Assembly (NCBI GenBank): GCA_020184695.1 | Contig: JAANOX010000093.1 | Location: 1-64,000, forward strand | Reading direction: 5' to 3' | Source: Histomonas meleagridis 2922-C6/04-290x | Taxonomy: Eukaryota; Protista; Parabasalia | Length of the DNA stretch: 64,000 bases | Part shown: in pieces, positions 11,217 to 22,012 of the stretch | How positions within the stretch are numbered: position 1 is the stretch's first letter | Layout of the letters: each line of letters begins with the position of its first letter | Position numbers and translations under genes: made by a program | The notes under the pieces: generated by a model | What the model saw: only the letters and a program-made list of their open reading frames with translations | What the model was told of the DNA's origin: nothing | Database searches by the model: none

Positions 11217-13067
11217 ATGCTTTTCTGGGAAAATGATGAAGCACAAACCCAGAAACGCATTTCAGCTCAAAAGCAATATGCAGAAGAACTACGCAAACAA
11301 ATAGAAGAAAAACAGAAACAAACAAAAACGCCTGATTATCAAATTAAAAGAAATCAAACTCCACCTATATTGCAACCAACACAGCGTTCTAATCCACCTC
11401 AAACAACTCAAATTAAAAATCAATCATATCAAACGCGTACTCCAATTGAAAATCAAAGAGTTGCTTCTCCAAGATTAGATCCTCTTCCAAATTTACAACC
11501 AATTTCAGCTGATACATCACCATCAGTAATACGTTTTTCAGATCGTCTGAATTGGCTTGAAAAATCGCTTGATCAACATCACTCAATTCTTCAATCGTCT
11601 GTAGATATATCAACAAAAATTGAACGTTCTACAATTCCATCCTTCAACGATGCCATAGGACAACTTCGGTCTGCTGTTGATCGCATTATTTCAAATGACA
11701 TTCCTTTAAAACTTAATCCAATAACAAATGAATTACAAAAACTCGAAGATAAAATCGCAACACACAATTCTAATTGCACAGCTTCAATGCAAGATCTTAA
11801 AGATTCATTTACATCCGCGACTAATACTTTTACTCAGACACAATCAAAATTTTCAGAATTTACAGATTCCATCAAAAACCTTATCATTGAGTTAAAAACG
11901 GAAACTACGCAAGTGCGCGACACTCGCGAGCATATAACCAATGACATTTCCAATGTTGATTCGATGATTTCCACAATTGATGAATCAATCAGAAGTCTTA
12001 ATGCATCACTTCAAAGCCTCGAAAATAGTTCAGCAAATGAATCTTCAAATGCTGAACAACAAATCAATAGTTCAGTTCAATCACAATCACTTCAATTTGC
12101 GCAATCATTAAAAACCGAAACCGAGACACTTAATCAATCATTTTCGACTGTACACAGTCAAATTGCAGAAGCCAACCAACGATGTACATCATTGATTTCC
12201 ACTCTCCAAAGTTCATTTAGCGAAATAACGAACAACTTTAACCAAAGCATTGAAACTCTTTCATCGTCCTTTCAAACGTCCATTGAAACAATTCATAGTG
12301 ATTCATCAAAACAATTCAATGAAATTTCAGAGCGAGTGAATTCAATACTTAACGAAACCGAAACCAATTTCAATACAATTCAAAACGAATCTGCGACAAC
12401 TTTAACTACATTAAATGAAAGCATCAAAAAGATTCGTACTGAAATTGAAGACGGATTAAAATCTGAGATTGAAATCCGTAAAAATAATGAATATGAAATT
12501 GTTCAACATTATGACAATTTCAAGTCATTAATAATTAATGAAATGAAACTTCAAATAAATCAATTAGAAAATGTTTGCATTAATGAAACGAAGAATTTTT
12601 CTGCTAATTGTTCGAACAATATTTATAATTTAATGAAAGAAATTAATGAGTTAAAAGAAAAGACGAAAATTATCGAAAACTTAAATCCGAAAGTTAATGC
12701 GACCGAAAATATGATAAATCAAATCAATAACATATTGATCAGTAAAGTCGGAGAAATGAGTTTGAACTCGAGCAAAATACAAAGCGAAATGGAAAAAATG
12801 GAAATCGAAAACTTAAACGAATTTAACGAATATAAAACGAAATCAGAAAATTTGTTAAAACATAAAATCGAATTGAATTTGGTCCCAAAGAAAACAGTCG
12901 AAGAAGAATTGGAAAGACTACAAAGCAAATGCGAAAATAAGTTAAAATATGTCGAAAGACAAATCACAATAGTGTTCGCTTGTTTGGCAAAGCTGAACGA
13001 AATTGCGAACGGTGACGCACAAAGCGGCGCATTGATAATTGAGGAAATGTCGAAAATGAAATTGTAA
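11217..13067 (+). CDS. Long coiled-coil protein (616 aa)
   Basis: Long ATG-initiated ORF, heptad-rich S/T/Q/E/N composition, N-terminal QKQYAEELRKQIEEK helix. Confidence 0.8.
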   Translation: MLFWENDEAQTQKRISAQKQYAEELRKQIEEKQKQTKTPDYQIKRNQTPPILQPTQRSNPPQTTQIKNQSYQTRTPIENQRVASPRLDPLPNLQPISADTSPSVIRFSDRLNWLEKSLDQHHSILQSSVDISTKIERSTIPSFNDAIGQLRSAVDRIISNDIPLKLNPITNELQKLEDKIATHNSNCTASMQDLKDSFTSATNTFTQTQSKFSEFTDSIKNLIIELKTETTQVRDTREHITNDISNVDSMISTIDESIRSLNASLQSLENSSANESSNAEQQINSSVQSQSLQFAQSLKTETETLNQSFSTVHSQIAEANQRCTSLISTLQSSFSEITNNFNQSIETLSSSFQTSIETIHSDSSKQFNEISERVNSILNETETNFNTIQNESATTLTTLNESIKKIRTEIEDGLKSEIEIRKNNEYEIVQHYDNFKSLIINEMKLQINQLENVCINETKNFSANCSNNIYNLMKEINELKEKTKIIENLNPKVNATENMINQINNILISKVGEMSLNSSKIQSEMEKMEIENLNEFNEYKTKSENLLKHKIELNLVPKKTVEEELERLQSKCENKLKYVERQITIVFACLAKLNEIANGDAQSGALIIEEMSKMKL

Positions 13068-13488
13068 ATGTTTTTATGTGTTTTTATTTTTGATTATTTG
13101 AAATGAAAAATGAAATAATTAAATCAAATCAGAAATTTAAAAAATTATTTCTCATTCTATGAATTACATACAAAAGCTTTTACAATGCTTCAAATCGAAG
13201 CGACGCCAAAACTTTAAACAGAAAAATTTGATTCCATAATATAATTTGGGAGTGATTACTTCATATATAAAACAGCTGAACACGATCATAAGTCGTTGAA
13301 AATGTTTATTTGCGTACTTTATTGATCGTCGCGATACATTTCGATAAAGTATACAATTCGATCGTCGCGCGACAATTTTTTTGAATGCTTTTACGGTACA
13401 ATTGAATTATTTTTAACCGTTTTCGAATTAATTCAATTTTGAAAAAGGTTTTTTTTTGGTTGCCGCCAATTTTTTAGGGGAAGAATTC

Positions 13489-14445
13489 ATGAGTCTTGAA
13501 GAATTACAAAAAAAGGAACTCGAATTAAAGCAAAAAGAAGAAGAATTAAACAAGCGCGAACTAGAAATCAAGAAAAAAGAACAAGAACTTCAATCAATTC
13601 CTATGAGCGGAAACACAAGTTCTGAAACCATTGGATTGAATTCCCAATTATTTAATGACTATGCAAAGATATTCATTCTTAAGACTATTAATGAACAAGA
13701 TTCTGATATTTAATTTTACAATTTGGAATTTATCCACATTTTTTAATACTTTATTAATAAATGCATGCGCTAATGGACAAATAGATGTAGTTAAACTTTT
13801 ACTAAGTCAAATGGGAATTAATGTTAACGCCAAAAATATTTTTTCAAACCATTTAATATTTGTTTTTAGTTTTTGATATTTCAACAAATTTTTTGGAATA
13901 TTTTTATGTTATTTGAATCTGCTCTTCTGTGTGCAGTTTCCCACAACTACATTGAAATTGTTAAATTACTTCTTGAGTGTAATGGAATAAATATTAACAT
14001 TTGCAATATTTCATTTTTCAATTTAATACCTTTATTAAACATATGAAATATCATTTTAATATTTAAAATTCCATTAAATAAAATGAAACACCATTTTTAT
14101 GCGCAGCGAAATTTGGTTACGTTGAAATGGTGAAACTTCTTCTTCAACAAAAAGGAATTGGAATTAATATGCAAAATAGTGATGTTTAACATAAGCATTC
14201 GGATTATATTGCAATTGTTTAATACAGCAATTATCGAAGCAGTGATTAAAGATCGCTACGAAGTTGTGAAGTTCTTGAAGGATGTAAAAGGAATTAAACT
14301 TGATTTTGTTTTTTGATTTGTTTTAAAGTTCAATCTTTTGTTTTGGTATTTGTTTCAAATATTTAAATCTGCAATTGAAGAGGCTAAAAAAAGAAAGAAC
14401 AATAGGATGATCAATTTGCTTCAAAATGCCGAAGCTAAAAAATAA
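13489..14445 (+). CDS. Ankyrin locus B: N-terminal coiled coil + 5 ankyrin-like segments, interrupted by five non-canonical inserts
   Basis: Stop-free coding blocks 13489-13710, 13742-13840, 13912-14010, 14082-14186, 14218-14310 and 14362-14445 read as diverged ankyrin repeats (e.g. FESALLCAVSHNYIEIVKLLLECNGININ); inserts of 31, 71, 71, 31 and 51 nt lie between them. Confidence 0.75.
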
Positions 14446-15991
14446 GAGTAAAAAAAAATCTTAATTTTATTCTGTTTTTAAATAAAAATATGAGTGATTA
14501 GCTAAAAATTTTTATTTAAAGTAGGTACAAAGTTTAATAATGTAAAACAGATTACTTTAAATTTTAATTAATTATAATAAAATAAATATGTAAAAAAATT
14601 ATTGCAATTATTGTTAACATTTTTGTTCTTAATTCAAATGGCTTTGTGGTCGCCAAAGATCTAATGAGTTTTGTTATTTTTATTTCTAATTTGTTGTAAT
14701 GCATATATCCTTATAATGAAATTGATGATTTATCATCAATAGATAGGCCATTAATGTCCTTTGTTTAATAATACAACCAAATGTTATGCTATGGGAGACC
14801 CTGTATGTTGTGTAACTTGTTCCCTAAAGATATTTTCAGAACATCTTGAAAAGAAGTAAATTTTGAACTTTTTCATTAAAATACCCTCGCATTTTGATAA
14901 AAAGTAGATTTAATTGTTTTGTCACTTCACCCGTTTTGTGCTGGTTGTTTCCAAAAAATTATACAAATTTGACTATATTATTTTCAGATGTTTTGAAATC
15001 GTTAAAATTTTATCAACTGATATTACGAATCAATTTTTGTGTAAATATGATGCAAAGAAGTCAGAAGGAAAGAAGAGGAATTATTTACTAAATTTATTTA
15101 ACAATTTACGAAGTCATCTTATGGCAGACAGCTTGTATATAGATAGTAATTATTTGGTGTTATTATTAAGTAATTACTTATTATAACGAAATATTTTGTT
15201 TATATTTTAGATTAATAATAGAGACAGGATCTATGGGATTTGACGTTTCTTCTTCGTTCAAGGATCAGATTATTTTTTCATATTAAAAATATATTATGAT
15301 AGTTGAAATCTATATGAAACATAAGTATATCGTTTCTTGTTTTATCTGGAACTCAAAATGCAGAATATTGTACAATTTAGTATGAAATTTTATAGGAAAG
15401 ATCAGGAAAAAACTTTTTTATTTTCATAGTAAAATCTTCCAATGCCATTGTGATTATTGTCCCAAAGCCTTACGATTGTGATTTCATGATGATTTCATGA
15501 CAAAGAGATGACGAAACAACAGAAGAACAAAATCTTCAGTTGCTCTTTCTCTCAAATACATTGAAAAAGCACGACACAAATGTAATGTTTTCTGCTTACA
15601 AAAATGTCAAATTCATTGGTCAGTTGACTCAATATCTTCTCACACATAAATTCAAGTGTCAAATCATCTCAATTTTGAAAATTTTCTGGTAATCATTATT
15701 CAATTTTCCCTCTCACTCTCTGAAAACAAATAGCAAAACGCTGAAAAATTTTTCGGCCATTCTGCTTAGAGTAGATCTTAATGATTTAATGTTTACGTCT
15801 CCTACTTACTTATACCTATTAAAATTCGGTCCAAAAAATGTTGACAAATCACGATTATACATCAATTATCAAATTTGATTATTATAATTAAACCTTAAAA
15901 TGGCCAAAACAAGAAGATATTATCCATGGCACTAGCGTAGACATGTTGTAATTGGCTTATTAAAAGAATTTATCTAAAATACATGGTTTAT

Positions 15992-17017
15992 TCAAACAAA
16001 AGTTTTATGTAATACTTTGCCTTGCTTTAAATCCGGTTTCTTAAGTATAGAAGAAGAGCCATCATTCAGTCTACTATGAACAATTCTTCCATGAGATAAT
16101 GAAGATGGAACCAATGATCTACTAAACATTGTATTTTTCATCGTCATTTCTTTATTCGAAGAACTGACTCCAATGTAACTATACTTTGGCACGTTTTCAA
16201 AAATCGGTTCTCTTGTTAGCATTGCCAAAGATTCTCTTTTCAATGGGTTCACATTAGTCATTGCACGAATCAGTTTACAAAATCCCGGCTCAGCATAAGA
16301 AGGAAATGAAAAAATACCAATTTTAATTTCCATTTCTAATTCTATTTTGTCGTGCACGTTCCATGGAAGTTTTCCAAATGCAATTGCATAAAATGTTATT
16401 CCTAAAGACCAAATATCAGCTAAAAAAGGATCTATGTTTTGTCTGCTTATTACTTCGGGCGCCATATATGGTAATGAACCTGCGAAACTATTATCATGTT
16501 CGCCTTTTTCGATCTTTTTACTCAATCCAAAATCTGCAAGTTTAGGTCTGCCGTAACTATCTAAGAGTATGTTAGCAGGTTTTATATCTCTGTGACTAAC
16601 ATTTTGTTCGTGACAATGTAAAAGTGCTTTTATTATTTGTGAACATATAGAATATAATTTTGGTGGTTTAATCGGTCCTTCCTTCTCAACCATTTCCTTT
16701 AATGATCCACCACTACAATATTCGAGTACAATATATAAATTTGTTCGAGATTCATCAAAAAAAAATTCATACATTGATATAATATTTGGATGACATAATC
16801 TAATTAATGTTGTAGCTTCATTTTTTGTCTCGTCAAATGAAGATGCAGGATAATTAATTCTTTTGATACAAAAATCCTGATTATATTTATCTGAGCTAAC
16901 TAAAAAAACAGAGCCAAATCCTCCTTTACCAATCATCTTTTTATAATGGTAATGATGTTCTGGTAATGTTTCTTGTATTTCGATAAGGCTGATAATGGGA
17001 TGTATCCCCATTTTCAT
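15992..17017 (-). CDS. Ser/Thr protein kinase, CAMK-like family
   Basis: GKGGFGSV, HRDIKPANILL, LADFG, GSLPYMAPE. Confidence 0.92.
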   Translation of the reverse strand: MKMGIHPIISLIEIQETLPEHHYHYKKMIGKGGFGSVFLVSSDKYNQDFCIKRINYPASSFDETKNEATTLIRLCHPNIISMYEFFFDESRTNLYIVLEYCSGGSLKEMVEKEGPIKPPKLYSICSQIIKALLHCHEQNVSHRDIKPANILLDSYGRPKLADFGLSKKIEKGEHDNSFAGSLPYMAPEVISRQNIDPFLADIWSLGITFYAIAFGKLPWNVHDKIELEMEIKIGIFSFPSYAEPGFCKLIRAMTNVNPLKRESLAMLTREPIFENVPKYSYIGVSSSNKEMTMKNTMFSRSLVPSSLSHGRIVHSRLNDGSSSILKKPDLKQGKVLHKTFV

Positions 17018-17951
17018 CGTGCAAATTCTGGAAATTTCTTTTTCAAATTTGATAGTGTATATCAGAAATTCAGAATTTCAAAGAAACGATACTTTATGAA
17101 ACCTAAAAACAATCACTTTTTGAATTAAAATTAATTTGCTTCGTCAGAAAAATCAAAATAATTTTATTGCTTTATGGTTTTAGAATATAGGAATATAAAT
17201 ATAAAAAAAATTACAAACCATCAAATGGTTGGAATATCTTCGAAATAAATCTTAACAATAATCTAATGTAAAAGATAAAGTTCGTCCAATTCAAAAAGAT
17301 GACCAAACTATAACCGCTTGTTTCCTATCAATTTTTTGACAGCCTGTAACGTTATTATATTGAAATTAAACTGTATAAATTACTTTTTCTGATAAAGGTT
17401 ACCTGAAGGTTATTTATTAAAAAATTCTCCATTTCAGACCATACCCATTGAGCCTTTTATCAAGACATTGAACAAGAAGCTGAATTATAAGATATAGAAC
17501 ATGAAATCATGGGGAACCTGGATACTTTGTTAATGCATATGGGATACGAAAATCAAAATTCTATTAGAATAAGCAAAGAAAACAATAAGACAACAACTAC
17601 AACATAAAAATATTTTTTCTTATTATCAATTTGCTAAAAAAATTTTTTTAAATTTCTTTCAAACCATAAATTCGTCTCATACAAAAGCTTTAAAAGTATG
17701 TTTTAGCTATGGTAAATATTTCCATGATTTTAGTACAAACTATTTTGATTTTAAGAAAATACCTCGAAATCATATCAAAAGAAAAAACGAAATTACAATA
17801 AATCCATTAACGCCATGAACTAAAATACAATGTTTGAACATTTCAAACATCAAAATAACCAATAAAAAATTTCATTTTCTTCTTTTTTTATCAAAACGAT
17901 AAAAAATTTATAAACCACAGAAAAATTCAATACAGGCCGATGATTCTTTAT

Positions 17952-19787
17952 TTAAATGTTTACTTGCCTTACCTTGTTGAGAATTGTTTGAGCTTGTTTC
18001 AATTTATCTAAAACAGCCAAACATTTGTTTCTATTAGCTGTGATTCTTGGATCTTCTTTCATTATATCATCAGCTAAACCAGAACTATAAATCTTATTCA
18101 ATAGTATATCATGAAGTTTCTTAGAGCTACCTTCGACTAACATCAAAACTATAGCTTTAGGTACCAAATCAGCGATTTGGATACGGATTAATTCGAAATA
18201 TCTTGCACATCTTGACATTAAGATTTTCGTATTTTCAACCTCGATTTGATTTTGAGTTTTCTTCTTAGGCACTGATTCTTTTTGTTTCTTTTCTTGTAAT
18301 ACGGCGGCGCCTCTAAAGTCATGTCTTGCAGTATTGATAAATATCTTTTCATTATCAATAACGGTATTCACGAATTGAATTGTTGGTTCTACGCAGTTGT
18401 TAACAAGGTCTTCAACTACATTACGAATCGCATCTTTAACTTGTGGGTAATGTTCAAGCTCCGGAAATGTGACCTGAGAATGGATATTCAAAATTTCATT
18501 TGCCACTGAATTGATAGCTTTTAATGCTGGCGGTCGAAGTTTTTCAATGTAACGGCGAATAATGCTCTCAAATGCTTGATGCGGCGCATAGATTGGGACA
18601 GTGATACCGCAATGATTCTTCATTAAGAACCAGATCTCACGTGGGTTTGCTTTGGAAACTGATGGTACTTCAGAGATTTCTTTTTGGAATTGAGTGGTGA
18701 AGATATGTTGAATACGGGCACCACCCTTTAAATCATCATTAATCTCATTTCCAACTCTACCTGCAATTAAGTCTTCGAACCCAGACTTATATGATGTAAT
18801 TATCTTAAGAACAATTTCTCGTGGATTTAATTGGGTACTTGATGGATCTGAACCATATTTCTTAAGTTCGTTTTCTTTGTCTTGAATTAATTGGTTAACA
18901 CGCGTACGTAATGATGGAATTGATTTACGAATATGTTCAACTAAAATACGTGTTAAGGTATCAGAGAGTACTTTGGTACCGCAACGATCTAACATGTTTC
19001 GATAGATAGGATTACTTGAGAAGTATTCGGATTCGGATTTGAGTTGAGCGCGCATTGATTTATTGGAATCAATATCTCTTTGAGAACGATTAATAACAGC
19101 AATATAACCCATTCTAAGTGGATAAATGGAGTTATTAAGGATACTAGAAGCATCTGTACCGGCATCCATAAGATCAATTTTTGTGATGACGCCAATGGTA
19201 CGTTCACCTTCTGGATCAACTTGATGAGCAATACGAAGGGAATCAGAGTTGGCTATATCTTGGTTAGCTGGAGAAATGGCAAGAATAATTGAATTCTTCG
19301 GTGTGATGTATTGAAGAACCATAGTATGGATTTGTTCAACAATGGCAGGGTCTTGGCCTTCAACAGCAACTTTGGTAAGACCTGGAAGATCAACCATAGT
19401 AAGTGTTGGAACATTTGTAGATCTAATGCAAAGATTAATTGGTTGTGGACTAACATTACGGCCTTTGCCTGTAGTTCTATCTGTTTCTTCGCTAATTTCT
19501 TTACACATATCCTTGAAATTAGTAAATTTTTGACCTTTCTTATGAAGGAATTCACCATATTCTTCTTCTCCATCTTGAATATGAACAAGCTGTAGGACAA
19601 GCGGTCTACGAGTGACAATACCAGAACCTCTTGGTAAGAAGTCATGACCTACAATTGATTCAAGAACTGAAGATTTACCAGAACTTTGAGACCCAACAAC
19701 GACGATTTGAGGTAAATCTATAAGCTGGCCGCCGATTGTGTTGAAAACATCTTGGAGTTCATTGATAATTGCAACAAGTTTATTCAT
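17952..19787 (-). CDS. Dynamin-related protein (DRP/Vps1 type; no PH or PRD domain)
   Basis: LPQIVVVGSQSSGKSSVLE, DLPG, TKID GTPase motifs; middle and GED domains. Confidence 0.97.
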   Translation of the reverse strand: MNKLVAIINELQDVFNTIGGQLIDLPQIVVVGSQSSGKSSVLESIVGHDFLPRGSGIVTRRPLVLQLVHIQDGEEEYGEFLHKKGQKFTNFKDMCKEISEETDRTTGKGRNVSPQPINLCIRSTNVPTLTMVDLPGLTKVAVEGQDPAIVEQIHTMVLQYITPKNSIILAISPANQDIANSDSLRIAHQVDPEGERTIGVITKIDLMDAGTDASSILNNSIYPLRMGYIAVINRSQRDIDSNKSMRAQLKSESEYFSSNPIYRNMLDRCGTKVLSDTLTRILVEHIRKSIPSLRTRVNQLIQDKENELKKYGSDPSSTQLNPREIVLKIITSYKSGFEDLIAGRVGNEINDDLKGGARIQHIFTTQFQKEISEVPSVSKANPREIWFLMKNHCGITVPIYAPHQAFESIIRRYIEKLRPPALKAINSVANEILNIHSQVTFPELEHYPQVKDAIRNVVEDLVNNCVEPTIQFVNTVIDNEKIFINTARHDFRGAAVLQEKKQKESVPKKKTQNQIEVENTKILMSRCARYFELIRIQIADLVPKAIVLMLVEGSSKKLHDILLNKIYSSGLADDIMKEDPRITANRNKCLAVLDKLKQAQTILNKVRQVNI

Positions 19788-19915
19788 TATTGATGACGGT
19801 TTGTATCAAACCAAAGTAACCGGTGGTCGAACGTTAATTTTGACTAATTTATTTCGTAAAATGTGCCGAATTTTATCGTCGTGGGAATGACGGTTATGGT
19901 CATCCTTTTTGTAAT
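19788..19915. promoter_or_regulatory. 128-bp bidirectional promoter (dynamin / RPS25) with M3-like and M5 motifs
   Basis: GACGGTTA at 19889-19896 fits the trichomonad M3 consensus; CCTTT (M5) at 19904-19908 lies just before the RPS25 ATG; TCAATA immediately precedes the dynamin ATG on the minus strand. Confidence 0.6.
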
Positions 19916-20248
19916 ATGCCTCAAGTAAAGAAGAAGTGGACAAAGACTACAAACAAGGAAAAGAGGGATTGGGCAACAGTCCTTCTTTCCGAAGTTGCAG
20001 AAGAAATCGAAAAGGCCGTCCCACGTAGTAAACTTATCACACCATCTAAACTTGCAGATCGTTATAAGATTTCCCTTACAGTTGCTCGTCAAGTTTTGAA
20101 GCAACTTGAAGCTGATGGTAAGATTGTTTGCTTAATCAAGCATTCAAAGCTTGTAGCTTATGGTCGTCCTGCTGGTGCTAAAGAAGAAGTTGTTGAAGAA
20201 GCACCAAAGGCTGAAGCAGCACCAAAGGGTAGGAAAGGAAAGAAATAA
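19916..20248 (+). CDS. RPS25: 40S ribosomal protein S25
   Basis: KKKWTK N-terminus; LITPSKLADRYKISLTVARQVLKQLE winged-helix motif. Confidence 0.95.
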   Translation: MPQVKKKWTKTTNKEKRDWATVLLSEVAEEIEKAVPRSKLITPSKLADRYKISLTVARQVLKQLEADGKIVCLIKHSKLVAYGRPAGAKEEVVEEAPKAEAAPKGRKGKK

Positions 20249-20269
20249 ACAATGGTATCATCTAATCAT

Positions 20270-21205
20270 TTATTGTTTTTTAAATCCGAAGCATGCTCCA
20301 CCTTGTGAAACAGCTACTATAAGTTCTGCATCATTAGATATTGCAATACTATTCACAGTATCTTTAAACATTCCAATTCTTTGTTTTGGATTCCATTTAG
20401 GAAGATTAAATGCTTGAATAAATGAACATTCAGATCCACCAGCAACAACTAGGTCATGGCCCTTACAAAACTTAGCTGCATATAATTGACAGAAATCAGA
20501 ATTACTCCAATCTGTAAAAGAGACACATTCCCCATTTCGGGTGTCCCATATCTCTAACGGTCGCTTTTGGCGCCAGGAGCCCGTTAAGAGAAACGTTCCT
20601 TTTGAATCAATACTATCACCACAAATAAATGGACCTCCAAAACTTTGTACTGATTCACCAGCTCTAATATCCCATTGAAGTACACGTGAATCCCAACCTG
20701 CGCTATAAAATATATTAGGATTTTCATCATTAACAACACTATAAATTCGTGATGAATGTAATTTGGAAGAATTATTCTGTTTTAACTTAATCAGATTCTG
20801 AGTTTTTGTTTCATATATTCGTACAGATTTGTCTTTACCTGCAGTAATGAAATGAGTACCATCAGATGAAAAATCTGTTGTATATATATTATTGTCTTCG
20901 TTAAAACTAAAAAGGGTTTTATTTTCTGTAAATTTAAATAAACTAATTTTTCCAAAAGATGATACTGATAATAAAATATTTGGTTCTTGAGGATGGAATT
21001 TTGATGAAGTAATAATAGAATCTTTATTAGATACTTTAAGAGCATATGAAATTCGTCCAGTATTTGGAGAAAGAATTTGAACCATTCCATTCCATAACGA
21101 AATTGCAACATCTGTTGATACTGAAGAAATTGAAACATGATGTATTGGTGTTTCATTTGTATTATAAATCCATTTTGGTGTTTGGTCATATGTAATTTTT
21201 TCCAT
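20270..21205 (-). CDS. WD40-repeat protein
   Basis: Repeated TAGKDKSVRIYE, SAGWDSRVLQWD and TGSWRQKRPLEIWD blades. Confidence 0.9.
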   Translation of the reverse strand: MEKITYDQTPKWIYNTNETPIHHVSISSVSTDVAISLWNGMVQILSPNTGRISYALKVSNKDSIITSSKFHPQEPNILLSVSSFGKISLFKFTENKTLFSFNEDNNIYTTDFSSDGTHFITAGKDKSVRIYETKTQNLIKLKQNNSSKLHSSRIYSVVNDENPNIFYSAGWDSRVLQWDIRAGESVQSFGGPFICGDSIDSKGTFLLTGSWRQKRPLEIWDTRNGECVSFTDWSNSDFCQLYAAKFCKGHDLVVAGGSECSFIQAFNLPKWNPKQRIGMFKDTVNSIAISNDAELIVAVSQGGACFGFKKQ

Positions 21206-22012
21206 TTTTTTAATGCATTTGAATACTAAACCGTTTATTTTTCTGGGGTTTAGAAATACGTTTTAAAATTTCAAAACCGTCAAAAATTGAATGCGATTGT
21301 ACGTATCTCGAAAAATAGATTATCTTGAAAATAATGCATGACTTAAAAACACTTAATAACTAAAATTTAAGTCACAATTTAAAATAATTGTTGGTTTAAT
21401 GATAATTAATAAAGATATTTGAATTTAAAAATTCTTTAGACCGTTTTGTTTCAATGAAATTATTTCTGTCACATTATTTCAATGAAAACAGATTCCTTTT
21501 TAGTGATGAAAAAATCGAAATTTTTTTTAACAACATTCGGTTCGCACTGGTTCGGCTAGCCGATGCCCATTTGGGAAACTATCTAATAACAACCAGCTCA
21601 CCTCATGTTTTTGATATTTATTTATTAGAGATCTTCAAACTGAAAAATAAGCATATTCTGATGAATTTTTTGATTTTTATTAATTCCCTATCATCACTTA
21701 AGTAAAAATCTGTTTTTAAATTAAGAACAGATCAAAATGGGAATTTCGAAATCAATTTTTTTCAAAATCATGTTTCATTGTTAATTGCGAATTTTTGGAC
21801 AAATTTCTGTGTTTTAAACTCAGTTACCGATCAAAAGTATTCAAAAAGCCACAAAGTATAGTTTCAATTCATAATTCGATATAAAGTTTCATGAAAAAAT
21901 TATCATTGTCTTCGTTTTGCATAATCTTTAAATTCTTAAAAACAACTTTAAGTACTGTTGTACTTAGGGGATGCTTGTACAAAAAAATATTATTTTTACA
22001 AAAAACAAGTTT

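Noticed and set aside
13711-14361. Canonical GT-AG or AT-AC splicing of the ankyrin inserts, using the AG in ACAG|CA or the AC in ACA
   Set aside because: The AG is absent where the codon is TCT or ACT (13918, 32910), GT occurs at only a few 5' ends, and AT-AC choices give frameshifts or remove 4-6 conserved residues.
18321-19645. Short overlapping ORFs inside dynamin (and similar ORFs inside other long genes)
   Set aside because: Alternative-frame or antisense shadows with no motifs.
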